Positions 48,165-57,727 of a DNA stretch of 64,000 nucleotides are shown here, in pieces. The notes beneath the pieces are model-generated. The model was not told the DNA's origin. It saw only the letters and a program-made list of their open reading frames with translations, and ran no database searches. How positions within the stretch are numbered: the first letter of the stretch is position 1; the number at the start of each line of letters is the position of its first letter. The position numbers and the translations under genes are program-made. Origin of the DNA: an uncultured Thermoplasmata archaeon (lineage in GTDB: Archaea > Thermoplasmatota > Thermoplasmata > Lutacidiplasmatales > UBA184). The stretch is taken from positions 872,651 to 936,650 of the forward strand of contig CAVTJV010000007.1 of assembly GCA_963735185.1 (NCBI GenBank). The letters are read 5' to 3'.

Positions 48165-49791
48165 CCTCTTCGAGGGAGCGGGCGTTCGCCACCGCTTCCC
48201 GTGGAGCGCCCGCGCGCCGGGCGAACCCGATGGCCACGGCCCGTGTCGGGTCGTCCCCGGTCGCGCCCAGGCCCGTCGGTACGTGGAGCGCGACCCCCAT
48301 CGCACGGGCCTGACGGCCGGCGGTCGAGTCGAGCCGCTCCGGACCGGGCCCGATCTCGATGGCCGCGGAGGCGTGTCGAGCCTCCTCGAGCCATCCGGCC
48401 AAGGTCGCTGCGTCCGACGCGACCGAGGAACCCACGTGGGCGACGAGGGCCGGCGCACGAGAGACCTCGCGGGAGCCGGTCCCCTTGGACGGGGTCGTGG
48501 TGGGCCGTTCGATGCGATAGTCGTGCGGGGTCGCTTCGAGCTCCTTCGGTATCGGGCCCCTGCCCATTTCGACCGCGCACGCGAGGCGGAGCTCCGCAGG
48601 CCGAAGTTCCGTGAGGCGGGACCGCGTCGCGTCGGGGAGACGCCAAACGGTCCCGTCCGCACGGACCCCTCCCACCACGACCCCGACATAGACGAAGCCG
48701 TGCGCCCGGGCCTCGGCGACGACCCGGTCCACGGTGTCGGGGGTAGCGTCCGGGGCGAGGTGTGTATGCAGGTCTCCCCGGAGGTCGCCCTCCAAGACGA
48801 GCAGGGGGACCGTTCCCTGCGCGGCCACCTCGATCTCGCCTCGGTCCTCCCGGAGCTCGGGCGGGATCCAGGCGAGCCCGAGGGCTCCGTACACGTCCTC
48901 CTCCGTGGCCCCGGCGACCCGCCCGTCGCCCCGGAAGACCCCGTACTCGTTGACCTTCAGCCCTCGGTCACGGGCGAGCGACCGGAGACGCACGTTGTGG
49001 TCCTTCGAGCCCGTGAAGTACTGGAGCGCGGCCCCGAACTCCTCGGGCTTTACGACCCGCAGGTCCACCTGGAGGCCGTCCGTGAGCACGACGGTCTCCT
49101 TCGTCTCACCCCGCATCTTCACCTCGGCGACGAGGGGGTGCCCTGTGAACGCCTCGAACACCTTTCCCGGGTCCTTCGACGTCACGAGGATGTCGAGGTC
49201 GCCGACCGTTTCGCGCGCCCGGCGGAAGCTGCCGGCGACCTCCACCCGGTCGGCGCCGGCGCCGTCTCGGAGCGCTCGCACGAGCGTGCGTGCGACCGGA
49301 TAGACCTCCTCGATGGCCCGTCGTGCGGGCCCGGGGCCGGCCGCCGCGGCCGCGAGCGCCGACCGGATCTGCTCGATCTTCTTCTCCCCGAACCCCTTCA
49401 TCCCGGTGAGGCGGCCCGCGGCGATCGCGTCCGCAAGCTCGTTCGGTCCTTCGACGCCGAGCTCGACCCAGAACCGGCGCGCGGTCTTCGGACCGAGCCC
49501 GGGGAGGCGCATCAGCTCGACGAGCCCGGGCGGGACCTCGCGCTTCAATCGCTCGTAGTAGGAGACGGACCCCGTCCGAAGGTACTCCTCGATCTTCTCC
49601 TCGATCGCCTCCCCGACCCCCGGGATGGTCCGGAGCTCGCCCCGCGCGGAGACCGCGCCCAGGTCCTCGGTCAGGCTCTCGATCGACCGAGCGGCACGCC
49701 GGTACGCTTCGGGCTTGAACTTCTCCCCGAGAAGGTCGAGGAGGTCGGCGATCGTCCGGAAGATTTCCGTCGCTTCCGCGTTGGAGGTCAT
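48070..49791 (-). CDS. polX: DNA polymerase X family protein with C-terminal PHP phosphoesterase domain
   Basis: HhH pairs (LPGLGPKTARRFW, GFGEKKIEQIR), Pol-beta nucleotidyltransferase GS-x-RR...DxD (GSFRRARETVGDLDILV), PHP His/Asp motifs (DLHTHLAPDAT). Start at Met105 of the ORF. Confidence 0.85.
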   Translation of the reverse strand: MTSNAEATEIFRTIADLLDLLGEKFKPEAYRRAARSIESLTEDLGAVSARGELRTIPGVGEAIEEKIEEYLRTGSVSYYERLKREVPPGLVELMRLPGLGPKTARRFWVELGVEGPNELADAIAAGRLTGMKGFGEKKIEQIRSALAAAAAGPGPARRAIEEVYPVARTLVRALRDGAGADRVEVAGSFRRARETVGDLDILVTSKDPGKVFEAFTGHPLVAEVKMRGETKETVVLTDGLQVDLRVVKPEEFGAALQYFTGSKDHNVRLRSLARDRGLKVNEYGVFRGDGRVAGATEEDVYGALGLAWIPPELREDRGEIEVAAQGTVPLLVLEGDLRGDLHTHLAPDATPDTVDRVVAEARAHGFVYVGVVVGGVRADGTVWRLPDATRSRLTELRPAELRLACAVEMGRGPIPKELEATPHDYRIERPTTTPSKGTGSREVSRAPALVAHVGSSVASDAATLAGWLEEARHASAAIEIGPGPERLDSTAGRQARAMGVALHVPTGLGATGDDPTRAVAIGFARRAGAPREAVANARSLEEVSTTWSGPTPDQKRESNGPPRSRSARKRSTS

Positions 49792-49846
49792 CGCCGCTCC
49801 TTCGCGTGCGCTCCCGTCGGGGCCTTCCGGGCCGTCCTCGGGACCC

Positions 49847-50638
49847 TCACGGTGCTGACCCGACCCCGAGGTCCAGCCACGTGCGCCGTCCGACGGGGCG
49901 GAATCCCAGACGCTCGTACAGGCGCCGAGCCTCGACGCGGTCCTCCCGAACGTAGAGACCGACCCTCGCCCGGGCCTCCCGAGCGCTCGCCAGAGCGGCC
50001 TGCACGAGCACCCCCCCAACCCCTCGACCGCGGGCGTTCGGGTCGACGTAGACCCCGTTGACGACCCATATCTCGGGCAACCGCACGGCCGCACGGACCG
50101 CACCGAGGAGCGTCCCGTGGCCGAACGCTCCCCAGATCCACTCCTCGCCCGGGTCGAGGGCCGCGTACTCGGCCACCATCGGGTCCGACTGCCGCTCGGA
50201 GAACGCGACGAGCGCCGGCAGGTCGGTGCGTCCCAGCCGGCGGACCTCGACCGAGGGGGGGGCTTTCGCCTCCAACCTCGGCTTCGCGGACGGCTCGTTC
50301 GCGAGCATGAGGAGGGTGAACGGTCGCGCCGGGCCCCGAGCGGAGACCACGGCGTCCTGGAACATCTCGGGAACGATCACCACGAGGGGCCGCGCCGGGA
50401 GGGCGTCCACGAGGACGCGGGCGCGAGGGTCGGCGCCGACCCAGTGGACGACGGTCCGGGTGGGATGGCCCAGCCAGATGAGCAGGTAGCCCACGGTTTG
50501 GTCACCGTCGATGGCCGATACGAACCGGACCCGGCTCGGGGCGTAGTCGAGGTCCCAGCGGCCGTAGGCGTGGCCCAACGGGTCACGGGCCGCGGCGTGC
50601 ACGAGCCACTCCCGGTCGATCGTCGGTCGGAGCTCCAT
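49847..50638 (-). CDS. GNAT-family N-acetyltransferase (tandem GNAT-like halves)
   Basis: C-terminal acetyl-CoA motif VNGVYVDPNARGRGVGGVLV. Confidence 0.7.
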   Translation of the reverse strand: MELRPTIDREWLVHAAARDPLGHAYGRWDLDYAPSRVRFVSAIDGDQTVGYLLIWLGHPTRTVVHWVGADPRARVLVDALPARPLVVIVPEMFQDAVVSARGPARPFTLLMLANEPSAKPRLEAKAPPSVEVRRLGRTDLPALVAFSERQSDPMVAEYAALDPGEEWIWGAFGHGTLLGAVRAAVRLPEIWVVNGVYVDPNARGRGVGGVLVQAALASAREARARVGLYVREDRVEARRLYERLGFRPVGRRTWLDLGVGSAP

Positions 50639-50737
50639 CGCGCAGCTCCGGTGGCCGTAACCGTTCCCACTAGTTAGGGGTGCGGTCCCATCGGCTGCGA
50701 CGCGAACGGTAAATGCCGCGTCCGGGTCCGGCGCCGC

Positions 50738-51625
50738 GTGCGGGAGTATCGGCCGACCGCGGAGTTCCCCCGGCACCTCGAGGAGCTCTACGCGCGGTTC
50801 CCGTTCGACCGGTCGCTCGCGGACGACCCGGTCTCCGAGGTCCGGGCCCGGGCGGTGGACCCTCGGCGCGCCGAGGTCGCGGGGGTCTTCGCGTCCACCC
50901 TCGCCATCGGGAACACCACCGCGATCCGAGGGGCGATCGTCCGCCTCGCCGAGATCGCCGGGGGCGACGTCGGGTGGCTCGTTTCCCCGGGCCACGCACG
51001 GGAGCGGGCCCGACGCCTCGCCTCCTTCCGGCACCGGTGGATCCGGGGGGACCAGCTCGACTACCTGGCTCGTGTCCTAGAGGCGTACTACCGACGCGAG
51101 CCGTCCCTCGAGTCGGCGTTCGTCGACGGCCTCGCGAACGGAGGCTTCGCCGGCGGCCTGGACGAGCTCTCCCGCGTCCTACGGGGAGATGCGCTTCCCT
51201 CGCGCCGGGGTCCTCTGCCGCGGGGATACCGCGCGCTCTTCCCGAGCCCCCGGGATGCGGGGGGAAGCGCCTGTAAAAGGCTCACGCTGTTCGTGCGGTG
51301 GATGGTGCGCGACCGCTATCCGGACCTGGGTCTCTGGCGGCGCGTGCCGACCGGGGAGCTCAAGATCCCGCTCGACCAGCACGTCCACTGGATCGCCTAC
51401 CACCTCGGCCTCACGCACCGACGGACCCGTTCTTGGGCGGCGGTCGAGGAGGTCAGCGAGGCCCTGCGCCGGATCGACCCCCTGGACCCGGTGAAGTACG
51501 ACTTCGTCCTCTGTCACACCGGGGTCTCCGGGGACTGCCCGAAGGAACGGGACATCGCGGTCTGCGGTCCCTGCTCGGTACGACCCGATTGCCGCCTCTG
51601 GCGCGGCCGGACGGTGCGGGCGTGA
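50738..51625 (+). CDS. DUF2400/TIGR02757-like protein with C-terminal [4Fe-4S] cluster-loop (EndoIII/MutY-type C-x8-C-x2-C-x5-C)
   Basis: CPKERDIAVCGPCSVRPDC at the C-terminus and a helical HhH-like core. Family call from memory. Confidence 0.55.
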   Translation: MREYRPTAEFPRHLEELYARFPFDRSLADDPVSEVRARAVDPRRAEVAGVFASTLAIGNTTAIRGAIVRLAEIAGGDVGWLVSPGHARERARRLASFRHRWIRGDQLDYLARVLEAYYRREPSLESAFVDGLANGGFAGGLDELSRVLRGDALPSRRGPLPRGYRALFPSPRDAGGSACKRLTLFVRWMVRDRYPDLGLWRRVPTGELKIPLDQHVHWIAYHLGLTHRRTRSWAAVEEVSEALRRIDPLDPVKYDFVLCHTGVSGDCPKERDIAVCGPCSVRPDCRLWRGRTVRA

Positions 51626-52029
51626 GCGAAACGTTCGTCCCCCTCACGATCGACCCCGGCCTGCTGATGCGCTACCGCGCGGCCGGACAGAAGATCGCCT
51701 GGCGCGAGACATCGACCGGAACGAGGCGTCCTGCGGGTCCGCGCGCCCGAATCGCCCACCTCCACGACGAGGAGGCGCGGGTCGAAGTGGAGGAGCGGGG
51801 CCGTCACGTCCGAGTCACGGTCGCCTCCGGCCCCGTGGGAGCCCTCGTGCTCCTCCTCGAGGTCGACCGGCGCGGGCCGCCGAGCGCGCTCGGCGCCCAG
51901 GAAGCCGGCCGGAACCCCGCGTTTCCCTCCGGCGCGATCGTCGCCGCGTGGGGAGGGGAGACGGTCCCGGAGGACTCGCGACCCGGTCTTAGCGACCTCG
52001 TCGAGCTCGCGCGCTACGCCCTCGCATAG
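51622..52029 (+). CDS. hypothetical 135-aa protein, GTGA-coupled to the upstream gene
   Basis: The GTG at 51622 overlaps the TGA of the preceding gene. No recognisable motifs. Confidence 0.4.
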   Translation: MSETFVPLTIDPGLLMRYRAAGQKIAWRETSTGTRRPAGPRARIAHLHDEEARVEVEERGRHVRVTVASGPVGALVLLLEVDRRGPPSALGAQEAGRNPAFPSGAIVAAWGGETVPEDSRPGLSDLVELARYALA

Positions 52030-52040
52030 GCTGCGGAATG

Positions 52041-52080
52041 CTTATATTTCCTAACTATTCGGATGCCGAATAATTAGGAA
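52041..52080 (+). promoter_or_regulatory. marR promoter: TATA box cttatattt overlapping a 15-nt inverted repeat (probable MarR operator)
   Basis: TTCCTAACTATTCGG (52048-52062) and CCGAATAATTAGGAA (52066-52080) are reverse complements with one mismatch. Only AT-rich island in a 70%-GC region; ends 6 nt before the marR ATG. Confidence 0.65.
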
Positions 52081-52085
52081 ACCTC

Positions 52086-52574
52086 ATGGTAGGTGTGGCC
52101 CCGACCCTCGAGCGCCGGTCCGAATCGAACGACGTCGTGCGGCTCATCGACCTCGTCCACGAGGTCTTGCGCGCGTCGTTGCGAGAACTCCACCCGACCC
52201 TTACGAAGGAGGGGATCACGATGGGACAGTTCTGGGCCATTCACACCGTCTCGAGCCTTCAGGGCGCGTCGGTCAGCACGGTCGCCCGATACCTCGGGGT
52301 GTCCGCTCCGACGGTCTGCGCGAACATCGACCAGCTCGAGGATGCGGGCCTCGTACGACGCCACCGCTCCGAACGGGACCGGCGCGCGGTCGAGCTCTCC
52401 CTCACGCCGCGGGGGCGGAGGGTCGAGGCCCGAGTCTGGAGCGAGGTCGCGGGAGTCATGGCCGAGGCCGCCCGCGGGTTACCTGAAACCGACGTCGCGG
52501 CCTCCGTCCGGGTCTTCACCGCGGTCACGCACCGTCTCGGTCGAACCGGTACCCTCGGTCCGGAGGGCACGTGA
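52086..52574 (+). CDS. marR: MarR-family transcriptional regulator
   Basis: wHTH QFWAIHTVSSLQGASVSTVARYLGVSAPTVCANIDQLEDAGLVRR, 162 aa. Confidence 0.85.
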   Translation: MVGVAPTLERRSESNDVVRLIDLVHEVLRASLRELHPTLTKEGITMGQFWAIHTVSSLQGASVSTVARYLGVSAPTVCANIDQLEDAGLVRRHRSERDRRAVELSLTPRGRRVEARVWSEVAGVMAEAARGLPETDVAASVRVFTAVTHRLGRTGTLGPEGT

Positions 52575-54184
52575 ACGCTTCCGATCGGCACCTCACGGCT
52601 GCCGGCACGCCCTACAACCCGCACGCGGCGCGGGGGGCCATCATCGTCCTCGCGGTGATGGCGCTCATGGTCACGTACGTCGAGACGATGGTCCTGCCCG
52701 CGTTCTCGGCGTTCCGAACGTTCTTCGACAACGCACCGACCACCACGGTCGTCTGGATCATTTCGGCCTACCTGCTCGTCGGGACGGTCGCGACCCCGGT
52801 CTTCGGCAAGCTCGGGGACAAGTACGGCAAGAAGCGGATGCTGCTCATCGTGATGGCGCTGTACGCGGTCGTCGTCAGCATCGCCGGGTTTACCCCGAAC
52901 ATCGGGGCGGCGTTCGGAGTCGACCGGGCGAACCAGATCTACCTCCTGATCGGCGTCCGTGCGGTCCAGGGGCTCGGGATGGGCATGTTCCCGCTCGCCT
53001 TCGCGATGTTACCCGAGGTCTTCCCCGCCGCCCGGGTCGGCCAGGCCCAGGGAATCGTCTCGGGGATGTTCGCCGCGGGCGCGGCGCTGGGGCTCGTGGG
53101 CGGCGGTTACATCGCGTACCAATTCGGCTGGCAGCTCACGTATCATACCGTCACCCCGATCGCGATCCTCCTCGTGATCCTCGCGTACTTCTACCTCCAT
53201 GAGTCGCCGCACCTCTCCCCGAAACCGATCGACCTCCCCGGCATCGGGTCTCTCGGCCTCGCGCTCGCGATGGTGATGTTCGGGCTTACGGAGGGGGTCT
53301 ACTGGGGCTGGACGAGCTTCTCGGCCGTCACGTTCGCCGGCATTCCGTGGGGGGTTCCCGAGTTCTTCCTCCTCGCCCTCGCCGCTACCGCGTTCTTCCT
53401 GTATTGGGAGCCGCGGGCCCCGACACCGGTCGTCTCGTTCAGGGCTCTCAAGGAACGGAACATCTGGATATCGAACGTCAACGCGGTCATCGTGGGCATG
53501 GGGATGTTCCTCATCTTCGTCACCCTCACGATCCTCGTCGAGGACCCGATCTCCCCCGGCTTCGGGTACACCGAGTTCCAGTTCGGTCTGGTCGCGCTGC
53601 CCTCGGCGCTCGGGATGCTCGCCTTCGCTCCGCTCTGGGGTCGCTGGGTCGCCGTGAAAGGACCGAAGCCCGTGATGCTCGCTGGCTTCGCCATCATGGG
53701 CCTCGGCGCACTCGGACTGACGCTCTTCCATGCCTCGGTCCTCGAGCTGATGGTGTTCACCGTCCCGGCGCTCGTCGGGAACGTCGCGGTGCTCATCGCG
53801 ATGTCGAACATCATCGTGCTCTCCGTCTCGCCGAAGGAGCTCGGGATCCAGACCGGGATGAACCAGACGTTCCGGAATCTGGGGAGCGCGGTCGGGCCGG
53901 TCCTCGCGGCGGCGGTCACCGCGAGCTACACGGCCGCGGCCGTGGTCGCGACGACCCCACGCGGACCGATCACCGCGAACGTCCCGTCCATCACGGGTTT
54001 TGTTCTCCTCTTCGCGGTCACCGCGGCCATCGCCGCGGTCGGGCTGGTCCTGTCGCTCGGCCTACGGAACTACCGGTTCCACGCCGACGGGACCCGGCTC
54101 GGGGCTCCGTCCACGGTCGGGGACGTGCCCACCCCGCTCGTCGGCGAGCCCGCCCCCGCCGTATCGGCGGGTCGTTCGTCGTAG
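52571..54184 (+). CDS. MFS transporter, DHA2 (14-TMS drug:H+ antiporter, EmrB/QacA-like)
   Basis: 14 hydrophobic segments, motif A GKLGDKYGKKRM. The GTG start overlaps the marR stop. Confidence 0.9.
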   Translation: MNASDRHLTAAGTPYNPHAARGAIIVLAVMALMVTYVETMVLPAFSAFRTFFDNAPTTTVVWIISAYLLVGTVATPVFGKLGDKYGKKRMLLIVMALYAVVVSIAGFTPNIGAAFGVDRANQIYLLIGVRAVQGLGMGMFPLAFAMLPEVFPAARVGQAQGIVSGMFAAGAALGLVGGGYIAYQFGWQLTYHTVTPIAILLVILAYFYLHESPHLSPKPIDLPGIGSLGLALAMVMFGLTEGVYWGWTSFSAVTFAGIPWGVPEFFLLALAATAFFLYWEPRAPTPVVSFRALKERNIWISNVNAVIVGMGMFLIFVTLTILVEDPISPGFGYTEFQFGLVALPSALGMLAFAPLWGRWVAVKGPKPVMLAGFAIMGLGALGLTLFHASVLELMVFTVPALVGNVAVLIAMSNIIVLSVSPKELGIQTGMNQTFRNLGSAVGPVLAAAVTASYTAAAVVATTPRGPITANVPSITGFVLLFAVTAAIAAVGLVLSLGLRNYRFHADGTRLGAPSTVGDVPTPLVGEPAPAVSAGRSS

Positions 54185-54208
54185 GCCGGGCCGCTTCGCG
54201 CCGCGGTC

Positions 54209-57001
54209 CTACGAGCAACCGCTCGTGGAGCCGCAGACCGTGCACGCGTAGCACGTGCCCGACCGGACCATGATGCCGCCGCAGATCCCGCACGAAGGGG
54301 CATCCTCGCTCCCGCTGCCGGCGCCACCGGAGAATGCGTCCAAGGCGCGGGTCTCGAACTTCACCGTCGACGGGTGGGTGGGCGTCGCCTTGCCGCCCCC
54401 CGCGGGCGCGGGGAGATGGCCGTTGCCGTTCCCTTCCGCGGCGCCTTCGAGCCCGATCGCGCGCCGCTCGTCCTCGGTCAGGAACTCGAGCGCGAGCCAG
54501 CGGGCCACGTAGTCGGGGATCGACTTCGCGAAGCGGATCTTCGGGTTGTTGGTCGCCCCGGCCGGCTCGAACCGGAGGTGGGCGAGCTTGCGGACGAGGT
54601 CCTTCAACGGCACCCCGTGCTGGAGCGCCATCGACATCGAGATCCCGAGCGAGTCCATGAGGCCGTTCACGGTCGACCCTTCCTTCGTGACCCGGAAGAA
54701 CAGCTCTCCCGGCCGGCCGTCCGGATAGAGCCCGACGGTGACGTACCCGTCGTGCCCGCCGACGGAGAAGTGGTGCGTGATCGCCTTCCGCTCGTCGGGG
54801 AGACGCTCCCGGGACGGGCCGCGCGGTCCCACCCGTGCTCCCGCCGTCCGGCCTTTCCCCGTCTCGAACGGCTGGGATGCCTTGCAGCCGTCGCGGTAGA
54901 GCGCGACCGACTTGATCCCGAGCTTCCACGCCTCGAGGTAGATCTTCTCGATGTCCTCGACGGTCGCGTCGTTCGGGAGGTTGATCGTTTTGGACGCCCC
55001 ACCCGAGAGGAACGGCTGGACGGCGCCCAGCATCTTGAGATGCCCCATCGGTGCAATCGTCCGAACGCTGCCGGACGGAGCGAGCGCGCAGTCGAAGACG
55101 TTGATGTCCTCCGCCTCGAGGCCTGGAGCCCCTTCGATCGTCCCGGTCTTTTCGATATGCTCGGTGATGGCCCGGATCTCGTCCGGGGAGTAGCCGAGGG
55201 CGAGGAGGCCGTTCGGCACGGTGTGGTTGACCATGCGCAGGACCCCGCCGCCGACGAGGTTCTTCACCTTGACGAGGGAGAGCTCGGGCTCGAGGCCGAG
55301 GGTGTCGCAGCCCATGAGGAGCCCGATCGTGCCGGTTGGAGCGATGACGGAGATCTGGGCGTTCCGGTAGCCCCAGAGCTCGCCGGCCTTCACCGTGTCG
55401 TGCCAGCGGTCGACCGCGGCCTGGGCAAACGGCGTCAGGCGGGGGTCGTTGTAGGAGATCTCCTCGGCGGCCATCGCGTGCTTCCCCATGACCCGGAGCA
55501 TCGGAGCCCGGTTCCGCTCGAAGCCGGGGAACGGGCCGACCCGCTTCGCGATCTCGCTCGACATGTGGTACCCCTCGGCCGATAGGAATGCCGAGACGGA
55601 GCCCGCGAGCGTGCGCCCCGCGTCCGAGTCGTAGGCGAGGCCGTAGTGCATGAGCAGGGCGCCGAGGTTCGCGTACCCGAGGCCGAGCGGTCGGTAGTCG
55701 TGCGAGTTCTGGGCGATCGCCGCGGTCGGGTAGCTCGAGGCGTCGACGATGATCTCCATCGCGAGCACCATCGTCCGGACGGTCTGCCGGAACAGTTCGA
55801 TGTCGAACTGGCCCTTCGCGTCCAGGAACCGCATCAGATTGATCGACGCGAGGTTGCACGCCGAGTCGTCCAGGAACAGGTACTCGCTGCACGGGTTGGA
55901 GGCGTTGATCCGGCCGGAGTTCGGGCACGTATGCCAGTCGTTCGTCACGTCATCGAACTGGACGCCCGGGTCCCCGCAACGCCAGGTCGCGTACGCGAGC
56001 TTGCGCCACAGCTCGCGCGCCGGGTACGTGCCGGCGACCGAGTGGTCGGTCCGGTTGAACGTCTTCCACTCCTTGTCGCGGACGACGGCTTCCATGAATG
56101 CGTCCGGGACGCGGACCGAGTGGTTCGCGTTCTGGTAGGCGATGGACGCGTACGCGGAATCGGGGTCGGTGCCGTCGAAGTTGGCCGAATAGCCTTCCCG
56201 GATGAGGGCCGCCGCCTTGTCTTCCTCGCGGACCTTGCAGTCGATGAAGTCCACGATGTCGGGGTGGTCCATGTTGAGGATCACCATCTTCGCCGCGCGG
56301 CGGGTCGTCCCGCCGCTCTTGATGACGCCCGCGAGGGCGTCGAACGCTCGCATGAACGAAACCGGTCCGGAGGCGATCCCGCCGCCCGCGAGCTTCTCGT
56401 GGCTTCCGCGGAGCGGGGACAGGTTGGTGCCGGTCCCGCTCCCGCCCTTGAACAGGCGGCCCTCGCTCGTCGCGAGCGCCAGGATCGAGTCCATGTCGTC
56501 CACGACCGACTGGATGAAGCACGCCGAGCACTGGGGCGGGTCGCGGACGCCGACGTTGAACCAGACGGGGCTGTTGAACGCCGCCATCTGTTGGACCATG
56601 AGGTACGAGAGGCTCTCCTCGAACGTCGTCGCCTCGTCCGGCGTGTCGAGGTAGCCGAGGTCGAGGCCCCGCTCGGCCATGAAGTGGCAGACGCGCCGGA
56701 TCATTCCGTCGATCGAGTTCTCCCGACGACCCTGCAGGACGCGGAAGTACTTCGACGCGGCGATGTTGACGCTCGTCTCTGACCAGGACGCCGGGGCGCG
56801 GATCCCCTTCTGCTCGAAGATGACCTTCCCGTCGGCGTTCTTGATCACGGCGTCGTGGGTCTTCCATTGCACCGTGTCGAACGCGGTCTTTCCGCGAGGA
56901 ACGAGGCGCGGCACCGGAATCGGTTCGCGCCCGATGCGAGTGGCGGGCCGTGCGGCCGGCTCGTCCGACGCGGGCGCGGTGCGCTTCTTGGCGACTGCCA
57001 T
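54209..57001 (-). CDS. nrdJ: adenosylcobalamin-dependent ribonucleotide reductase (class II, NrdJ) with C-terminal zinc ribbon
   Basis: Active-site SNPCSEY...C, 930 aa, C-terminal CGICGG...CYACTVCGSTSGC. No intein. Confidence 0.9.
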   Translation of the reverse strand: MAVAKKRTAPASDEPAARPATRIGREPIPVPRLVPRGKTAFDTVQWKTHDAVIKNADGKVIFEQKGIRAPASWSETSVNIAASKYFRVLQGRRENSIDGMIRRVCHFMAERGLDLGYLDTPDEATTFEESLSYLMVQQMAAFNSPVWFNVGVRDPPQCSACFIQSVVDDMDSILALATSEGRLFKGGSGTGTNLSPLRGSHEKLAGGGIASGPVSFMRAFDALAGVIKSGGTTRRAAKMVILNMDHPDIVDFIDCKVREEDKAAALIREGYSANFDGTDPDSAYASIAYQNANHSVRVPDAFMEAVVRDKEWKTFNRTDHSVAGTYPARELWRKLAYATWRCGDPGVQFDDVTNDWHTCPNSGRINASNPCSEYLFLDDSACNLASINLMRFLDAKGQFDIELFRQTVRTMVLAMEIIVDASSYPTAAIAQNSHDYRPLGLGYANLGALLMHYGLAYDSDAGRTLAGSVSAFLSAEGYHMSSEIAKRVGPFPGFERNRAPMLRVMGKHAMAAEEISYNDPRLTPFAQAAVDRWHDTVKAGELWGYRNAQISVIAPTGTIGLLMGCDTLGLEPELSLVKVKNLVGGGVLRMVNHTVPNGLLALGYSPDEIRAITEHIEKTGTIEGAPGLEAEDINVFDCALAPSGSVRTIAPMGHLKMLGAVQPFLSGGASKTINLPNDATVEDIEKIYLEAWKLGIKSVALYRDGCKASQPFETGKGRTAGARVGPRGPSRERLPDERKAITHHFSVGGHDGYVTVGLYPDGRPGELFFRVTKEGSTVNGLMDSLGISMSMALQHGVPLKDLVRKLAHLRFEPAGATNNPKIRFAKSIPDYVARWLALEFLTEDERRAIGLEGAAEGNGNGHLPAPAGGGKATPTHPSTVKFETRALDAFSGGAGSGSEDAPSCGICGGIMVRSGTCYACTVCGSTSGCS

Positions 57002-57414
57002 GACGGCTTTACTCCTGAAGGATCGACGGAACGTCCCGACCGATAGGTAATAACACCACGCGAGAGCCTAACCCCTCGGCCGGTCCCTGAAACGGCCCTG
57101 TCGAGAGGCTGTTTCGGGACGGTCGCCGGCGGTCGGGCGCGCGAATGGTGTCGCTCGGGACACCGTGAAAACCCTCCGGATGCGAGCGAAGCGTCATCCG
57201 GTATAAGTTTGCTTGGTCGTGGCCGCGGCGACAGCGACGAAGATCGCGTCGTCCGAAGCGCACACGCCGTTCCTTGGTAAGAGGAGTTCCGAATCTCCGA
57301 CCGATCCGCCGGTCGGGGCCACGTCGTTCAGGCCCGGGGATGACCGCTCGCGACCGGGCGCGAGAAACAGCGCACCGAGACCGGCAGCGCCAGGCCTAGG
57401 CTCACGATAGGAGG

Positions 57415-57455
57415 AAAAAAAAGAGGGTGGGGAACCTTCCCGAAGGAAGGTCCCC
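57415..57455 (-). terminator. hairpin followed by T8 tract, downstream of CDS 57474..57689 (minus strand)
   Basis: The minus strand reads GGGGACCUUCC-UUCG-GGAAGGUUCCCC (10 bp with one bulge) then ACCCUC UUUUUUUU, starting 20 nt after the stop. Confidence 0.6.
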
Positions 57456-57473
57456 AAGAAAGGGTGACGCCGT

Positions 57474-57689
57474 TCAGGCGTTCTTCATCTTGGCGCGAGA
57501 GACGAACCCCTTCTTGTCAAGGAAGTACATGTAACCGTCTTGACGGGTGATCTTCTCCGTGCCGACGCGGCCCTTCTTGCCGGACTTGTTCAGCTTCGTG
57601 GGGGTCTTCCAGAGATACCCGTCCTTGCCGAGGTAGTACAGGTAACCCTTCTCTCGCTTGATCTGCTCCTTGCCTACACGTTCCGCCAT
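57474..57689 (-). CDS. 71-aa lysine-rich basic protein with tandem beta-hairpin repeat (GYLYYLGKDGYLW / GYMYFLDKKGFV)
   Basis: Clean ATG..TGA ORF with locally lower GC and 17 K. Internal duplication resembles cell-wall/choline-binding-type repeats. Strong terminator. Confidence 0.6.
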   Translation of the reverse strand: MAERVGKEQIKREKGYLYYLGKDGYLWKTPTKLNKSGKKGRVGTEKITRQDGYMYFLDKKGFVSRAKMKNA

Positions 57690-57727
57690 TTTGGCGACCT
57701 CGAGGGCGAGGAGTGGAGCCCCCCTAT

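Noticed and set aside
48283-50061. 592-aa plus ORF
   Set aside because: Antisense to polX, which has clear HhH, Pol-beta and PHP motifs.
57060-57410. Possible cobalamin riboswitch, RNase P RNA or C/D-box sRNA in the nrdJ upstream gap
   Set aside because: No B12-box (GCCACUG), no P4 GGAAAGUCCGGGC, no RUGAUGA/CUGA box pairs found by eye. Only generic hairpins remain, reported as a low-interest leader.
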